NCBI GenBank assembly: GCA_012959435.1
Contig: DUDF01000074.1
Location: 37,234-101,233 of the forward strand
Direction: 5' to 3'
DNA length: 64,000 bases
Origin: Candidatus Poseidoniales archaeon
GTDB lineage: Archaea; Thermoplasmatota; Poseidoniia; Poseidoniales; Thalassarchaeaceae
In this document: positions 38,062-48,149 of the stretch, in pieces
How the letters are laid out: every line of letters starts with the position of its first letter
Numbering within the stretch: the first letter of the stretch is position 1
Made by a program: the position numbers and the translations under genes
The notes under the pieces: model-generated
What the model was told of the DNA's origin: nothing
Database searches by the model: none
The model's input: the letters and a program-made list of their open reading frames with translations, nothing else

Positions 38062-39324
38062 ATGCGGCGGGTCAGCATACCTCTAGTATTGCTTCTTCTA
38101 CTAGTCCCAACGGCAGTGGCGCAAGAAAGTTCCTCGGTGGTAGTGGTATCGACAGAACTGTTCATTGGCGACTCAGATATGGGTATTGATGCTCTAGCAG
38201 TTTCACCATCAGGAGAAGATGTACTTTTAGTTGGAACACTGGGATATGCCCATTTTATCGCTGCAGGTAAACCGTTCAATCAGGTTCAATTAAATTCTAA
38301 TGATCAAGATGACCTAAATGATGTTGATTGGCACCCTCAAGGCCTTACTGCATTACTCGCCGGGGATGAGGGGACACTCTTGCGTTATACAAGAGATGAC
38401 CACTCTGTAATTCATGTGCCAGGCTCAACAGGAAATTTAATGTCTCAAAATTTGAATGCTGTAACTTGGGATTCATCAGGTAACTGGGCTTACGTTGGAG
38501 CAGATAGTGGTGTCATCACTAGATTCAGAGAGGATGCTAACGGTGATTCCGAGTATTTTCCATTGAATAATAGCAAGAGTTCACCAATTCTAGACATTAG
38601 TTGCTTGCACAAGATGCATGCAATGTGCCTAGTAGCAACTGAATCAGATGGAATGGCTGTTATTGACCAACAGCATGAACTTCACTGGCTTTCAGGCAGT
38701 GAAGGTACCAGATGGTTCTCAGTTGAATGCCCTCATGCTGAGAGAGACAGGTGTTTCGGGGTTGGCCAAGGGCATTCAGTCGGTATTGTTGAACTAGATT
38801 TGAACAATCCTGCAACTTCATATGTGTTAGTCAAGAATGTAGAAATTTCCGGAGAATTCACCGGAATACATGTTCGTGACAATAATCACTTACTTTTGCA
38901 AACAGCACCTTTTGGCTGGGTTGATTGGGATATCAAAGGTGGTACTGATGAAATGGGGCTGGCCTATCCATGGTTGGAAAATTCAGATGCTACCGGAGAT
39001 GATGCAGCACTAAGGGGGGAGTCACTCGTAGGTGGCTGGGCAATCAATTCTGACGAAGGATATGCCGTTACTTCTTACGGTCGGGTGGTGTATTATTATC
39101 CACCTCAAAATACAATTTCGGAAAACCTAGTGGCAGCTCTTGCGCCAATGCTCGTCATTATTGCAGTTCCTGGTGTGGTTGTTGGATTGATTTACATGAG
39201 TTCACCAGCCTTGCAGAAAAAATACATGGCTTGGTCAAATGGGCGATTGGCCGCAAAGAGAGAGGCGGCTAAGGCAAGTAAAGGTCAATTGCAAGGCAAA
39301 GCGAGAAAGGGTGCTAAAAAGTGA
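38062..39324 (+). CDS. Secreted beta-propeller-like protein with C-terminal TM anchor and basic tail
   Basis: Signal peptide 'MRRVSIPLVLLLLLVPTAVAQE'. About 7 repeated blade-like units are visible (e.g. 'LLAGDEGTLLRY', 'AYVGADSGVITRF', 'YAVTSYGRVVYYY'). TM is 'LAPMLVIIAVPGVVVGLIY', followed by a Lys-rich tail. Confidence 0.5.
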   Translation: MRRVSIPLVLLLLLVPTAVAQESSSVVVVSTELFIGDSDMGIDALAVSPSGEDVLLVGTLGYAHFIAAGKPFNQVQLNSNDQDDLNDVDWHPQGLTALLAGDEGTLLRYTRDDHSVIHVPGSTGNLMSQNLNAVTWDSSGNWAYVGADSGVITRFREDANGDSEYFPLNNSKSSPILDISCLHKMHAMCLVATESDGMAVIDQQHELHWLSGSEGTRWFSVECPHAERDRCFGVGQGHSVGIVELDLNNPATSYVLVKNVEISGEFTGIHVRDNNHLLLQTAPFGWVDWDIKGGTDEMGLAYPWLENSDATGDDAALRGESLVGGWAINSDEGYAVTSYGRVVYYYPPQNTISENLVAALAPMLVIIAVPGVVVGLIYMSSPALQKKYMAWSNGRLAAKREAAKASKGQLQGKARKGAKK

Positions 39325-39380
39325 AGCAACTGACTCAATCGGAGCATTGATGAGCCGTTGAAGGCCGCAGATAATCAAGG

Positions 39381-40562
39381 GTGGCAGGGATGGTGTACGA
39401 AGCACTTGATTTCTACGATCTTGATTCACAACTTACCGATGAGGAAATAATGGTCCGCGATATGGTTCGCGGCTGGGTTGATGCTGAAGTACTACCAAAA
39501 ATCGAAAAGGCTTGCAGTGAGGGTGTTTTTCCTGACGAATGGCGTGTAGCACTTGGTGAAATGGGGGTGCTTGGTGCACCGCTAGAAGGCTATGGTTGCC
39601 CCGGACTTTCCTATGTTGCATACGGCGTGATTTGTCGAGAGTTAGAACGTGGTGACTCTGGACTCCGCTCATTTGCGAGTGTTCAGGGTTCTCTAGCAAT
39701 GTATCCAATTTGGGATTTTGGTAGTGAAGAACAGAAGCAGAAATACTTGCCGGGAATGGCTTCGGGTGATTTAATCGGCTGTTTCGGATTGACTGAGCCC
39801 GATTATGGCTCAAATCCAGGTGATATGATTACTAAGGCCGAAGACAAAGGCGACCACTTCTTGCTGAATGGTGCAAAGATGTGGATTACAAATGGTACTA
39901 TTTCTGATTTGGCAGTAGTTTGGGCGAAATTGGATGGCGTTATTCGTGGTTTCATTGTTGAAACCGGTGATGAAGGATACTCCGCTCCAGAAATGACCGG
40001 GAAGTATTCGCTGAAGGCTAGTGTGACCAGTGAGTTGGTGTTTCAGGATTGCAAGATTCCGAAAGACAGGATTTTGCCAGGTGTGAAGGGACTGAAGGGT
40101 CCTTTTTCTTGCCTAAACAATGCGCGTTTTGGAATTTCTTGGGGGGCACTAGGTGCTGCTCAAGCTTGCTTCAGTTCGGCTAAGGAATATTCACTTTCGC
40201 GCATACAATTTGACCATCCAATTGCTTCTTACCAACTTGTTCAAAACAAGTTGGCTTGGATGTTGAGGGAGATTACCAAGGGGCAGTTGTTGGCGTTTGA
40301 GTTAGGACGAAAGAAGGATAATGGCTCTTGGATTCCTGAACATATTTCACTCGCTAAGATGAACAATGTTGACATCGCTCTTGAAATCGCTAGAGAGGCT
40401 AGAGATATTCATGGTGCAAATGGAATATTAGATGAGTATTGCATAATGCGGCATATGGCTAATTTAGAATCTGTCAAGACCTACGAAGGTACTCATGATA
40501 TCCATAATTTGATTCTAGGTCGTCATATCACAGGCATCCAGAGTTTCACCCGCTCTCTTTGA
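39381..40562 (+). CDS. Glutaryl-CoA dehydrogenase-type acyl-CoA dehydrogenase
   Basis: 'GLTEPDYGSNPGDM', 'WITNG', 'ESVKTYEGTHDIHNLILGRHITGIQSF'. Confidence 0.8.
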   Translation: MAGMVYEALDFYDLDSQLTDEEIMVRDMVRGWVDAEVLPKIEKACSEGVFPDEWRVALGEMGVLGAPLEGYGCPGLSYVAYGVICRELERGDSGLRSFASVQGSLAMYPIWDFGSEEQKQKYLPGMASGDLIGCFGLTEPDYGSNPGDMITKAEDKGDHFLLNGAKMWITNGTISDLAVVWAKLDGVIRGFIVETGDEGYSAPEMTGKYSLKASVTSELVFQDCKIPKDRILPGVKGLKGPFSCLNNARFGISWGALGAAQACFSSAKEYSLSRIQFDHPIASYQLVQNKLAWMLREITKGQLLAFELGRKKDNGSWIPEHISLAKMNNVDIALEIAREARDIHGANGILDEYCIMRHMANLESVKTYEGTHDIHNLILGRHITGIQSFTRSL

Positions 40563-40671
40563 ACAAAAAGAGTAAGAAATTGAATTTTCGGATTTTTTTT
40601 CCGATTTGCTCTGTAAGAGCACCTGTTTGTTTAGTCTAAATGTTCATAGAGGCGTCCTAAGTCGCCGCATC

Positions 40672-41412
40672 ATGGTAGAAATTGCTGTGTTACTGAAGCA
40701 AGTACCCGACACCAACGCCAAGATCGTTGTAGTCAATGGTCGTGTAGATGAATCTGCGATTGCAAGTTGGGTAACCAGCCCGTACGATGAATACGCTTTC
40801 GAGGCAGCATTGCAACACACGGAAGCGGCTGGCGGTTCAATCACTGCTATCACTTTGGGTCCAGCAAGAGCAGATAAGGTTCTGAAAGATGCAGCAGCAC
40901 TTGGAGTAACCAAGTTGGTGCGAATATGGCAAGATGACTGGCAAGATTTGGATTCCAATCAGGTTCAGTCTGCGCTCGCAAACGCTGTAACAGCGGCCGG
41001 CGCAGATTTGGTTTATTGTGGGAAGCAATCAGCAGACCGCAATCAGGGTTCCACTGGTCCAGGAATAGCAGAAATTCTTGGTGCGGCCTGTATCACAGAA
41101 GTTAGTGAGTCTGATTCAGCAGGATCCTACCTAAGGCCAACTGCAAGTGGTAGTGAGAGAGTGACCGTGTCCTCTCCAGCAGTAGTGACTTTTACAAAAA
41201 CTCAGAATGAGTTACGCCGCCCCAATGTTCGTGGGATAATGATGGCAAAGCGTGCTCAAATTGAGGTTGTAGGTGGCGATGTTAGTGCATCACAAGTTAA
41301 TTTCAACGGGCACTCTTCTCCGGCTCAAAAACCACCAGGTAAGACCTATGAGGGCTCAGATAGTGTGCCCGAAGTTGTTGGGCTATTACGTGACGAAGCG
41401 AAGGTATTGTAG
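40672..41412 (+). CDS. etfB: Electron transfer flavoprotein beta subunit
   Basis: 'IAVLLKQVPDTNAKI', 'VTSPYDEYAFEAAL', 'DLVYCGKQSADRNQGSTGPGIAEIL'. Start placed at ATG 40672. Confidence 0.8.
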   Translation: MVEIAVLLKQVPDTNAKIVVVNGRVDESAIASWVTSPYDEYAFEAALQHTEAAGGSITAITLGPARADKVLKDAAALGVTKLVRIWQDDWQDLDSNQVQSALANAVTAAGADLVYCGKQSADRNQGSTGPGIAEILGAACITEVSESDSAGSYLRPTASGSERVTVSSPAVVTFTKTQNELRRPNVRGIMMAKRAQIEVVGGDVSASQVNFNGHSSPAQKPPGKTYEGSDSVPEVVGLLRDEAKVL

Positions 41413-41423
41413 GAGGGGTGAAG

Positions 41424-42347
41424 ATGGAAATTACAATCATTGCAGAAACTCAAGGGGATAATTTACACCCTGTAACCAGCCAATTAGTTGGGGCAGCCAC
41501 ATCCTTAGGTGCATCACCTACTGTCCTATGTGCAGGGGGGGCCGGCGCAGATGCAGCAGCTGGAATCGCCGGCGTTGGAAAAGTTCTCTCAGTTGTTGGA
41601 GATTGTTTTTCAACATTTGATGGTGGTGCTTGGGCTGCAGCCTTTGATGCTGCAGCCGGAACTGGCATCATCATTGGAGCAGCTAGTGCTCAAGGCAGAG
41701 ATGTAGTTGCAAGGATCGCAGCACGCCGTAGTATTCCGGTGGTACAGGATGTTGTAGCAATTTCACAAGGGCTGACAATGACTCATCCGATTTATTCTGG
41801 GAAAGCAATGCAAGAAGTCACCGTTGGTGGCGATTGTGCAGTCACACTTCGCTCGAACACCTTCCCTCCTGCTGGAGATGGCGGTAGTGCAGAATCTGCT
41901 ACTGTTCAGCAAAGTGGTGATGTGAAAATTGCCGTTCAAGAAGCAATTGCAAAGGCTAGTGCAAGACTCGATGTTTCCGATGCAGACATCATCATTTCAG
42001 GAGGCCGGGGAATGGGCAGTCCAGATAATTTTGAGCATCTGTATGCACTTTCAGATAAGTTAGGGGCTGCAGTCGGTGCTAGCCGAGCCGCAGTAGATAC
42101 ATGGGATGAAATCCCCCACTCTATGCAAGTGGGTCAAACTGGAAAGACAGTTAATCCAAGTCTATACATTGCGGTTGGTATTTCAGGTGCAATCCAGCAT
42201 TTGGCAGGAATGCGTACCAGCAAATACATTGTTGCAATAAATAAAGACCCTGAAGCACCAATTTTCAAGGTGGCCGATTATGGCATTGTTTCAACTTGGG
42301 AAGAGGCATTACCAATCCTTGGTGATGAAATCGCTAAAATTCTCTGA
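41424..42347 (+). CDS. etfA: Electron transfer flavoprotein alpha subunit
   Basis: '[11 protein letters not shown]', '[49 protein letters not shown]'. AGGAGG (41411-41416) lies 7 nt before ATG 41424. Confidence 0.85.
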   Translation: MEITIIAETQGDNLHPVTSQLVGAATSLGASPTVLCAGGAGADAAAGIAGVGKVLSVVGDCFSTFDGGAWAAAFDAAAGTGIIIGAASAQGRDVVARIAARRSIPVVQDVVAISQGLTMTHPIYSGKAMQEVTVGGDCAVTLRSNTFPPAGDGGSAESATVQQSGDVKIAVQEAIAKASARLDVSDADIIISGGRGMGSPDNFEHLYALSDKLGAAVGASRAAVDTWDEIPHSMQVGQTGKTVNPSLYIAVGISGAIQHLAGMRTSKYIVAINKDPEAPIFKVADYGIVSTWEEALPILGDEIAKIL

Positions 42348-42425
42348 AGTAGTAAATTACCTACTTTCAAATGACGAAGTTAGTGTGCGCAATCAAAAAG
42401 AGGTGGGCGCGCAGTTGCCCGCTTG

Positions 42426-43607
42426 ATGGCGAGAGATATTCCGTGGATGCGCGAGCGTTTTGAAACGCTGAAATCGCAAAATCTACTGTGGGAACCACCT
42501 ACTCTAGAATCAGCCAGCACGCCTAGTTGCACAGTTGATGGCAAAGAGATGATAATGCTCTCAGCCAACAATTATCTGAATTTGACTACTCATCCAAAGG
42601 TGGTTGCTGCATCAATCGCTGCCACCGAAAAATACGGTGTAGGAAGCGGCTCAGTTCGAGCCATTAGCGGCACCATGGATATTCACTTAGAAGCCGAGAA
42701 AAAAGTCGCAGAATTCAAGGGTGTAGAAGCATCTCTAATCTACTCGGCTGGATATACTGCAAACGTTGGACTCATCCCAACTTTGGTGACCGGGAAAGAG
42801 GATGTTATCATCTCAGATGAACTAAATCACGGCTCTATAATTGATGGTGTACGCCTAACCAAGGCAAGCCGCGCGGTTTACCCACACAACGATGTTGCTG
42901 CATTAGAAGAAGTTCTTCGTCAGAACTCCGGAAGCGAGCGAAAACTAATCATTACCGATGGTGTATTTTCTATGGACGGAGATGTTGCACCCCTAGACGA
43001 GATAACCGAATTAGCCGAGGAACACGGAGCGATGGTATTCGTAGACGATTGTCATGGAGAGGGCGTGTTGGGTGACGGTGGTGCTGGGATTGTTGACCAT
43101 TTCAAATTACAAGGAAGGGTTGATTTTGAGATTGGTTCTTTCTCAAAAGCCCTAGGCGTCCAAGGTGGTATCGTTGCGGGTAGCGAACAAGTTCGCAATC
43201 ATGCATTGAATCACTCACGTTCTTGGTTGTTGTCTGGTAGTCAACCACCTGGTGTTGCAGCGGCTCAAAAGGCAGCTGTTGAGGTGTTGATGGAGGAACC
43301 AGAGCATCATGCTAGGTTGTGGCAAAATACTGATAGATTCCGCCGTGAAATGGATTCACTCGGCTTTGATTTAGGAATGTCAACAACTCCGATTATTCCT
43401 GTTATGTGTGGTGAATCATCAGTTGCAAAGCAGTTGTCTGCAGAGATGCGCAAACTAGGTGTTGTTGTTGGCGCGATTATTTTTCCGATGGTGGCGAGAG
43501 ATAAAGCAAGGGTGCGCAATCAATTGTCAACTGGGTTGACAGATGAGCAATTAGATGAGATCCTCATCGCTTACGAAACCGCTGGTAAAATTGTCAACCT
43601 TATTTGA
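42426..43607 (+). CDS. kbl: 2-amino-3-ketobutyrate CoA ligase (glycine C-acetyltransferase) / 8-amino-7-oxononanoate synthase family
   Basis: 'LSANNYLNL', 'SDELNHGSIIDG', 'DDCHGEG', PLP-lysine context 'GSFSKALG'. Confidence 0.8.
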   Translation: MARDIPWMRERFETLKSQNLLWEPPTLESASTPSCTVDGKEMIMLSANNYLNLTTHPKVVAASIAATEKYGVGSGSVRAISGTMDIHLEAEKKVAEFKGVEASLIYSAGYTANVGLIPTLVTGKEDVIISDELNHGSIIDGVRLTKASRAVYPHNDVAALEEVLRQNSGSERKLIITDGVFSMDGDVAPLDEITELAEEHGAMVFVDDCHGEGVLGDGGAGIVDHFKLQGRVDFEIGSFSKALGVQGGIVAGSEQVRNHALNHSRSWLLSGSQPPGVAAAQKAAVEVLMEEPEHHARLWQNTDRFRREMDSLGFDLGMSTTPIIPVMCGESSVAKQLSAEMRKLGVVVGAIIFPMVARDKARVRNQLSTGLTDEQLDEILIAYETAGKIVNLI

Positions 43608-43611
43608 TGAT

Positions 43612-44229
43612 TTAATCATCAATAGCATTCACAGCATCTACCAGTTCTTGCTCCATTTCCTGTTGGCCAAGTTCAACTCTTGACGGGCCAAATGGGTCTT
43701 TTCCATCTTCTAACATTGTAAGCATCCTGTAACGAGGAGCCCAAGAAAGATGTACATAAATTGGGCCCGGTGCAAGCATTAGCAACCATGCTAGCACCTC
43801 TGGGATTTGAGGGACAAGGTCCATCCAACTACCTAACAAGATGATGAATCCAGCAAAAGGCATGATGAACAGCACTGCTCTTGGTGGTGTGATTGGTGGG
43901 CGTTGGAAAAATTTGCTAATCAAGGATGAAAATTGTCCTGCTAATGCCAATCCAAGGGCGATACTCAAACCTCTAAAGGCAACTTCTCTAAACCAAAACT
44001 CGACATTCCAAGAGTTGTGATATCCAATTGGAATAATCAAGGCAGCCATTAGCAGTAAACCATAGAATGCCCCCACAACTGCTGGATGACTTACTGAAAG
44101 TGGCCAAGCGGCGAAACGTTGTGTCATTGGAGAGCCGAGAAGCATCTCGGTTTGCGCTTCATCAAGCGACTCCAAGCGCTGGCGCCATGATTCCATATTT
44201 TGCCGCTGCTGACTAAACCGCATTAACAT
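43612..44229 (-). CDS. Hypothetical polytopic membrane protein
   Basis: About 4 hydrophobic segments and an acidic C-terminus. No recognisable motif. Confidence 0.4.
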   Translation of the reverse strand: MLMRFSQQRQNMESWRQRLESLDEAQTEMLLGSPMTQRFAAWPLSVSHPAVVGAFYGLLLMAALIIPIGYHNSWNVEFWFREVAFRGLSIALGLALAGQFSSLISKFFQRPPITPPRAVLFIMPFAGFIILLGSWMDLVPQIPEVLAWLLMLAPGPIYVHLSWAPRYRMLTMLEDGKDPFGPSRVELGQQEMEQELVDAVNAIDD

Positions 44230-44253
44230 TAAGGTTTAATGGGAGTGTGGGTA

Positions 44254-44955
44254 TTACTGTTCACCATCCTTCTTGATGATGTCAGAATTATGTTTTCTCA
44301 TCTTACGAAGTAATGCTCCAGGCTCTGGTGCTAAAGAGCCCTGTGCAGTTTCTTCCCACACCCGCTCCACGGGATAAAACGCCATTTCTTCTCGCCCTCT
44401 TGCCTTTTCAATTGGGTCTTCTGAATCCAAATCCCTTTCTTGTGCGTCGCGGAAAGAAAGAGCCTGATTGATCAACGATACAACACTGCGGGTAATTGAG
44501 TCAGGTTGGTGTTGCCATCGCAACATAGTTTTGCCATTCATATCATTTTTCTTTAGAAGAGTGCTCTGCTTCCCTGAACCTGATTGGGGGGTGATGCGAA
44601 CGTTTGGTGGGATTGAGTGCCATGATTCATCATCTGAAACGAAAACAGAGTTGTTTTCCATACTTTCACTGGGGTGCCATGGGTGTCCAGTTCCAATTGC
44701 AACCAAGTTCAGTAATGTCATCTTTCTGATACTTCTAGAAAGTTCCTTCCACAGTAAGAAGGCGATAACTGCAGTGACAATTAACAGGCTAATCCAATTT
44801 TCCAAACCAAGAAAAGATAGGACTTTGAAGCAAATTATTATCGCAAAAAACCCTGCAAATGCCAGAAACACTGCATTATACATATTTTGTCGTTGAACGT
44901 TGGCAATTTCAGAGTTAACCGACCACAAAACGGCATCATCTGGTAGGTCATCCAT
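44254..44955 (-). CDS. Hypothetical membrane protein (two N-terminal TMs plus a soluble C-terminal region)
   Basis: 'AVFLAFAGFFAIIICFKVL' and 'WISLLIVTAVIAFLLW'. No recognisable motif. Confidence 0.4.
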   Translation of the reverse strand: MDDLPDDAVLWSVNSEIANVQRQNMYNAVFLAFAGFFAIIICFKVLSFLGLENWISLLIVTAVIAFLLWKELSRSIRKMTLLNLVAIGTGHPWHPSESMENNSVFVSDDESWHSIPPNVRITPQSGSGKQSTLLKKNDMNGKTMLRWQHQPDSITRSVVSLINQALSFRDAQERDLDSEDPIEKARGREEMAFYPVERVWEETAQGSLAPEPGALLRKMRKHNSDIIKKDGEQ

Positions 44956-45113
44956 AACACCCGTGACGGGGGGGTAGTTCTTTCAATTTTCCTGATATTG
45001 AGTGATTCCATCATTGCATCATCACATCAATGTTGATTTTACCAATTTCAGCATTTATTATTCACAAATTGTGAAGGGAGTATTCAAGACTGTCACAGGT
45101 CCTCCGCGAAGTA

Positions 45114-45545
45114 ATGCTCCCTGATAAGTTGCTAGAAATGGATACTGATGAGGCTATTTCGTATGCCACTATTTTGGCAGTTGCTGCCACTTGTGATGGT
45201 GGTTTTTCACCAGAAGAGATGAGTGCTTATGAGTCTCGAGTGGCCTCTCTGCTTTACCAAAGAGATGTTAGAAAGAGACTTAGTGAAATAGTTGGGGAAC
45301 AGATAGATATTGATTTACATCTTAATGCACTCTCCCCCAACGGTATCAAACTCCTTCTACGTGACACAATTTTGATGGCTGCTTGTGATGGCGAATATAC
45401 TGATGAAGAGATGAAATTGATTAAGCGAGTAGCTCAGAAAGCCGGAGTTGATGATGAAACTTTGAACCAACTTTACCTATGGGTGCTTGAGGGTTGGGGC
45501 TGGTTTGGCCGCGGACACCAAATTCTTGGCATGTCTGATGATTAA
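45114..45545 (+). CDS. TerB-like (tellurite-resistance TerB / DjlA N-terminal fold) domain protein
   Basis: Two helical half-repeats each carry a buried acidic motif: 'AVAATCDGGFSPEEMSAY' and 'LMAACDGEYTDEEMKLIKRVAQKAGV'. Confidence 0.5.
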   Translation: MLPDKLLEMDTDEAISYATILAVAATCDGGFSPEEMSAYESRVASLLYQRDVRKRLSEIVGEQIDIDLHLNALSPNGIKLLLRDTILMAACDGEYTDEEMKLIKRVAQKAGVDDETLNQLYLWVLEGWGWFGRGHQILGMSDD

Positions 45546-45718
45546 CCATGCTCTAGTGAATTAATTGACTAGCCAATAAGTTTGCTTTTTTTACCATTGT
45601 TGCAGGTCTCCAACATTAGGTCGGTGAATTAAGGGAAGTTGACGAATCGGCCATAGTACGCGCACGTGAAGGGCCACGTTCAAGAGGGGGTCAAGCAAGA
45701 CGAGGGGCGAGGATTGGC

Positions 45719-48106
45719 ATGGCTGAACTACCCAAGGGCATCACCAAGGAGGTGCGTAGAGGTGGTTCGGGGGTGCTTGAGTTGCTCCTGATTGACTTCG
45801 ATAAAGAAGGCAGTAGCGGTTATATTCGAATTCAACAACCAACCAATCCGGTAAGTATCGCCCAACTTGTGATTTCAGATGGTGCACCTGAAATGGCTCT
45901 GTTTGAGTCTAATGAATTATTGATGGGTCATAGTGCATTGGAAGAGTTGAGAAAATGTGCTGCAGCGGATGATTCACGGATTTCAGTTCATACAGATGTT
46001 GATCTTGGATTGATTGCTGATTTACATCCTGAGGCAAAGTTGCATTTTTCTGGTTCAGATACATCTGTTGACAAGAAAGCTCAGGGATGGATAACGAATA
46101 CAAGGCGAGATTCTGATTGGTGGCGTTCAAAACGTAATCGCGAATGGACGATGACTGAACAGACTTTAGATGATGGTGAAGATGATTCTCAGGTGAGTGA
46201 TGTTTCTGATATTATTGAATATAATCCTGGGGAAGAATTGGAAGGCGGTTGTAGTTATCTAATCGATGAACAGATGCCAGATTCGGTGTTTAGAGTTGCC
46301 ACACACCTTGCTGCTATCGGCCATCCCATTATGGTGATGTCTCGTAGCCCACCTAAGCGCATTTCTGATGATTTCGGAATACCAACCTCAGTTTGCCGTT
46401 GGCTCAGTGAAAGAGATGTTGAAGGAGTGAGGACAGTTAACCCCGGGTTGGAAGAAATTCGTAGGGAATGTGATGAGTTCTTGTGGGGTTCATCAAGAGC
46501 AGTCATCATTCTTGATGGAGTTGAATATCTCAGTGGGATTCATGGTTTTAGCCGTTTGATAGGGATGTTACGCAATTTATTTGATGGGATTCAAACTTCA
46601 AACAATATGGTATTAATCCCTGCTGATTTTGATGTTTGGGACCAGCGTGAACGTTCACTATTGATGCGAGAATGTGACCAAATTAGTGCCAGTAAAATTA
46701 GTGAATGGGCTGAGAGGCCCGCAGTGGTTGAAGGCCACCCCTTCTGCCAAGAAACAGAATCGTTAATGATTCCAGAACCACAAAGAATCGACATCGTTAG
46801 TGAGGCTGAGGGTGATTTCAAGGCAGCAGCAACCCGCCTTCTTTCCACTGCTGAGGAGTTACAAGAGTCACCAACAATAGACGATTCCAAGAGTGCTGTT
46901 ACGGTGCCTCATTTTACTCAACCAGAAACCTCCTTTTCAGCGCGTTCTTTACTTGATGAGATGAAATCAGAAGTAGAACCAGAATTAATCACTTCACCAG
47001 AGGTAATCTCAAATGAAGAACCGTCAGAATCAATTGGGCCCAGTGGCGGTGAGGAAGATGGTAATTTTGCACTTCCAAGTTGGGCAACCACTCCCTCGGC
47101 TAACATGAGTGATGAGTCACCAACCATTTCTCAAGAATCCCCCTCAACTCCTAAATTAGATATCCCTCAATCTACTGAAATAATTGAGGTTCCGATTCCT
47201 GCTGAAGATAATTATGAGGCAACAGTGGGTGTTGACGATGTTAATTCTTCTCAGCCGGCTGAACCAGAATATACCGGGCCAAATCAACCTACCGTAAATT
47301 ATCGCAATAAGCAAGAGAGACGAGTAAGTGTACCCCGTAAACCTGACATATTACAATTTGAAAAGGCATCAATGCACTATGCAGCAACAAATAGTAAGCA
47401 ATTTGAAGGGCAGTTGGAAGACTCCGGTTATGAAGCGATAGATAAATCTGTAACTGCCCTCAATTACAAGAAGGATGCATTTAGAGAAATCGGTGAATGG
47501 GAAACTGATGAAGAAAGGAACTGGGAGGTGCTAGAGACTCGTGGGATGAGTGCCGCAGTTGACAATTCAAAGTCTCTTCGCCATGGTGTGAAAGTTTCAA
47601 AATCTGCTACAATTTCTGGTGTTAACACATGTCAATGGGGTGCTGCTGTGGTTAGCGCTTCGGTAGAAGTTCCAACTGCACCCGCACCGATTTTGGTGAC
47701 TAATCCACTTGCTAGAGAATCAGCTATTCGTGTACAGAAATCAAAGACTCTTACACAAATGTTAGTTGGCTCAGAGTTAGAAGCCCTTTATGCCGACCGT
47801 AAGCAAATGGCGAAGCGGTCTGGAATTAATTTGAAGATTCTTGAGAGAATCGATAGTTTGGCTGATAAAGGGCATCCAATTCATCAACTTGTTGACCGTA
47901 TTGAGGCTAACTCGAAGGAGGGATTGAAATTGCTTACAGAATTTGAAAAGAAATCAGTAATTGTGAATGATTTAATTACCCAAATTAATATCCAAGAAAG
48001 TAGGTCAGTAATTGATTCAACGGTTGCTGCCAAATATCGTAAGCAACTCATCCAATTCGAACAGGTTGAAAAAATACAATCAATGTTAGATGACTTTGAG
48101 GGTTGA
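45719..48106 (+). CDS. DUF835-domain protein with long disordered Ser/Pro/Glu linker and C-terminal coiled coil, 795 aa
   Basis: DUF835-like core 'PIMVMSRSPPKRISDDFGIPTSVCRWLSE...NPGLEEIRRECDEFLWGSSRAVIILDGVEYLSGIHGFSRLIGMLRNLFD...LIPAD...RERSLLMRE'. The N-terminal ~110 aa form a small globular domain. The C-terminal ~130 aa are heptad-rich. Confidence 0.6.
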   Translation: MAELPKGITKEVRRGGSGVLELLLIDFDKEGSSGYIRIQQPTNPVSIAQLVISDGAPEMALFESNELLMGHSALEELRKCAAADDSRISVHTDVDLGLIADLHPEAKLHFSGSDTSVDKKAQGWITNTRRDSDWWRSKRNREWTMTEQTLDDGEDDSQVSDVSDIIEYNPGEELEGGCSYLIDEQMPDSVFRVATHLAAIGHPIMVMSRSPPKRISDDFGIPTSVCRWLSERDVEGVRTVNPGLEEIRRECDEFLWGSSRAVIILDGVEYLSGIHGFSRLIGMLRNLFDGIQTSNNMVLIPADFDVWDQRERSLLMRECDQISASKISEWAERPAVVEGHPFCQETESLMIPEPQRIDIVSEAEGDFKAAATRLLSTAEELQESPTIDDSKSAVTVPHFTQPETSFSARSLLDEMKSEVEPELITSPEVISNEEPSESIGPSGGEEDGNFALPSWATTPSANMSDESPTISQESPSTPKLDIPQSTEIIEVPIPAEDNYEATVGVDDVNSSQPAEPEYTGPNQPTVNYRNKQERRVSVPRKPDILQFEKASMHYAATNSKQFEGQLEDSGYEAIDKSVTALNYKKDAFREIGEWETDEERNWEVLETRGMSAAVDNSKSLRHGVKVSKSATISGVNTCQWGAAVVSASVEVPTAPAPILVTNPLARESAIRVQKSKTLTQMLVGSELEALYADRKQMAKRSGINLKILERIDSLADKGHPIHQLVDRIEANSKEGLKLLTEFEKKSVIVNDLITQINIQESRSVIDSTVAAKYRKQLIQFEQVEKIQSMLDDFEG

Positions 48107-48149
48107 TTGTTCTAGAATTATTGATAATTAATGACTAATGTAGGGGGGT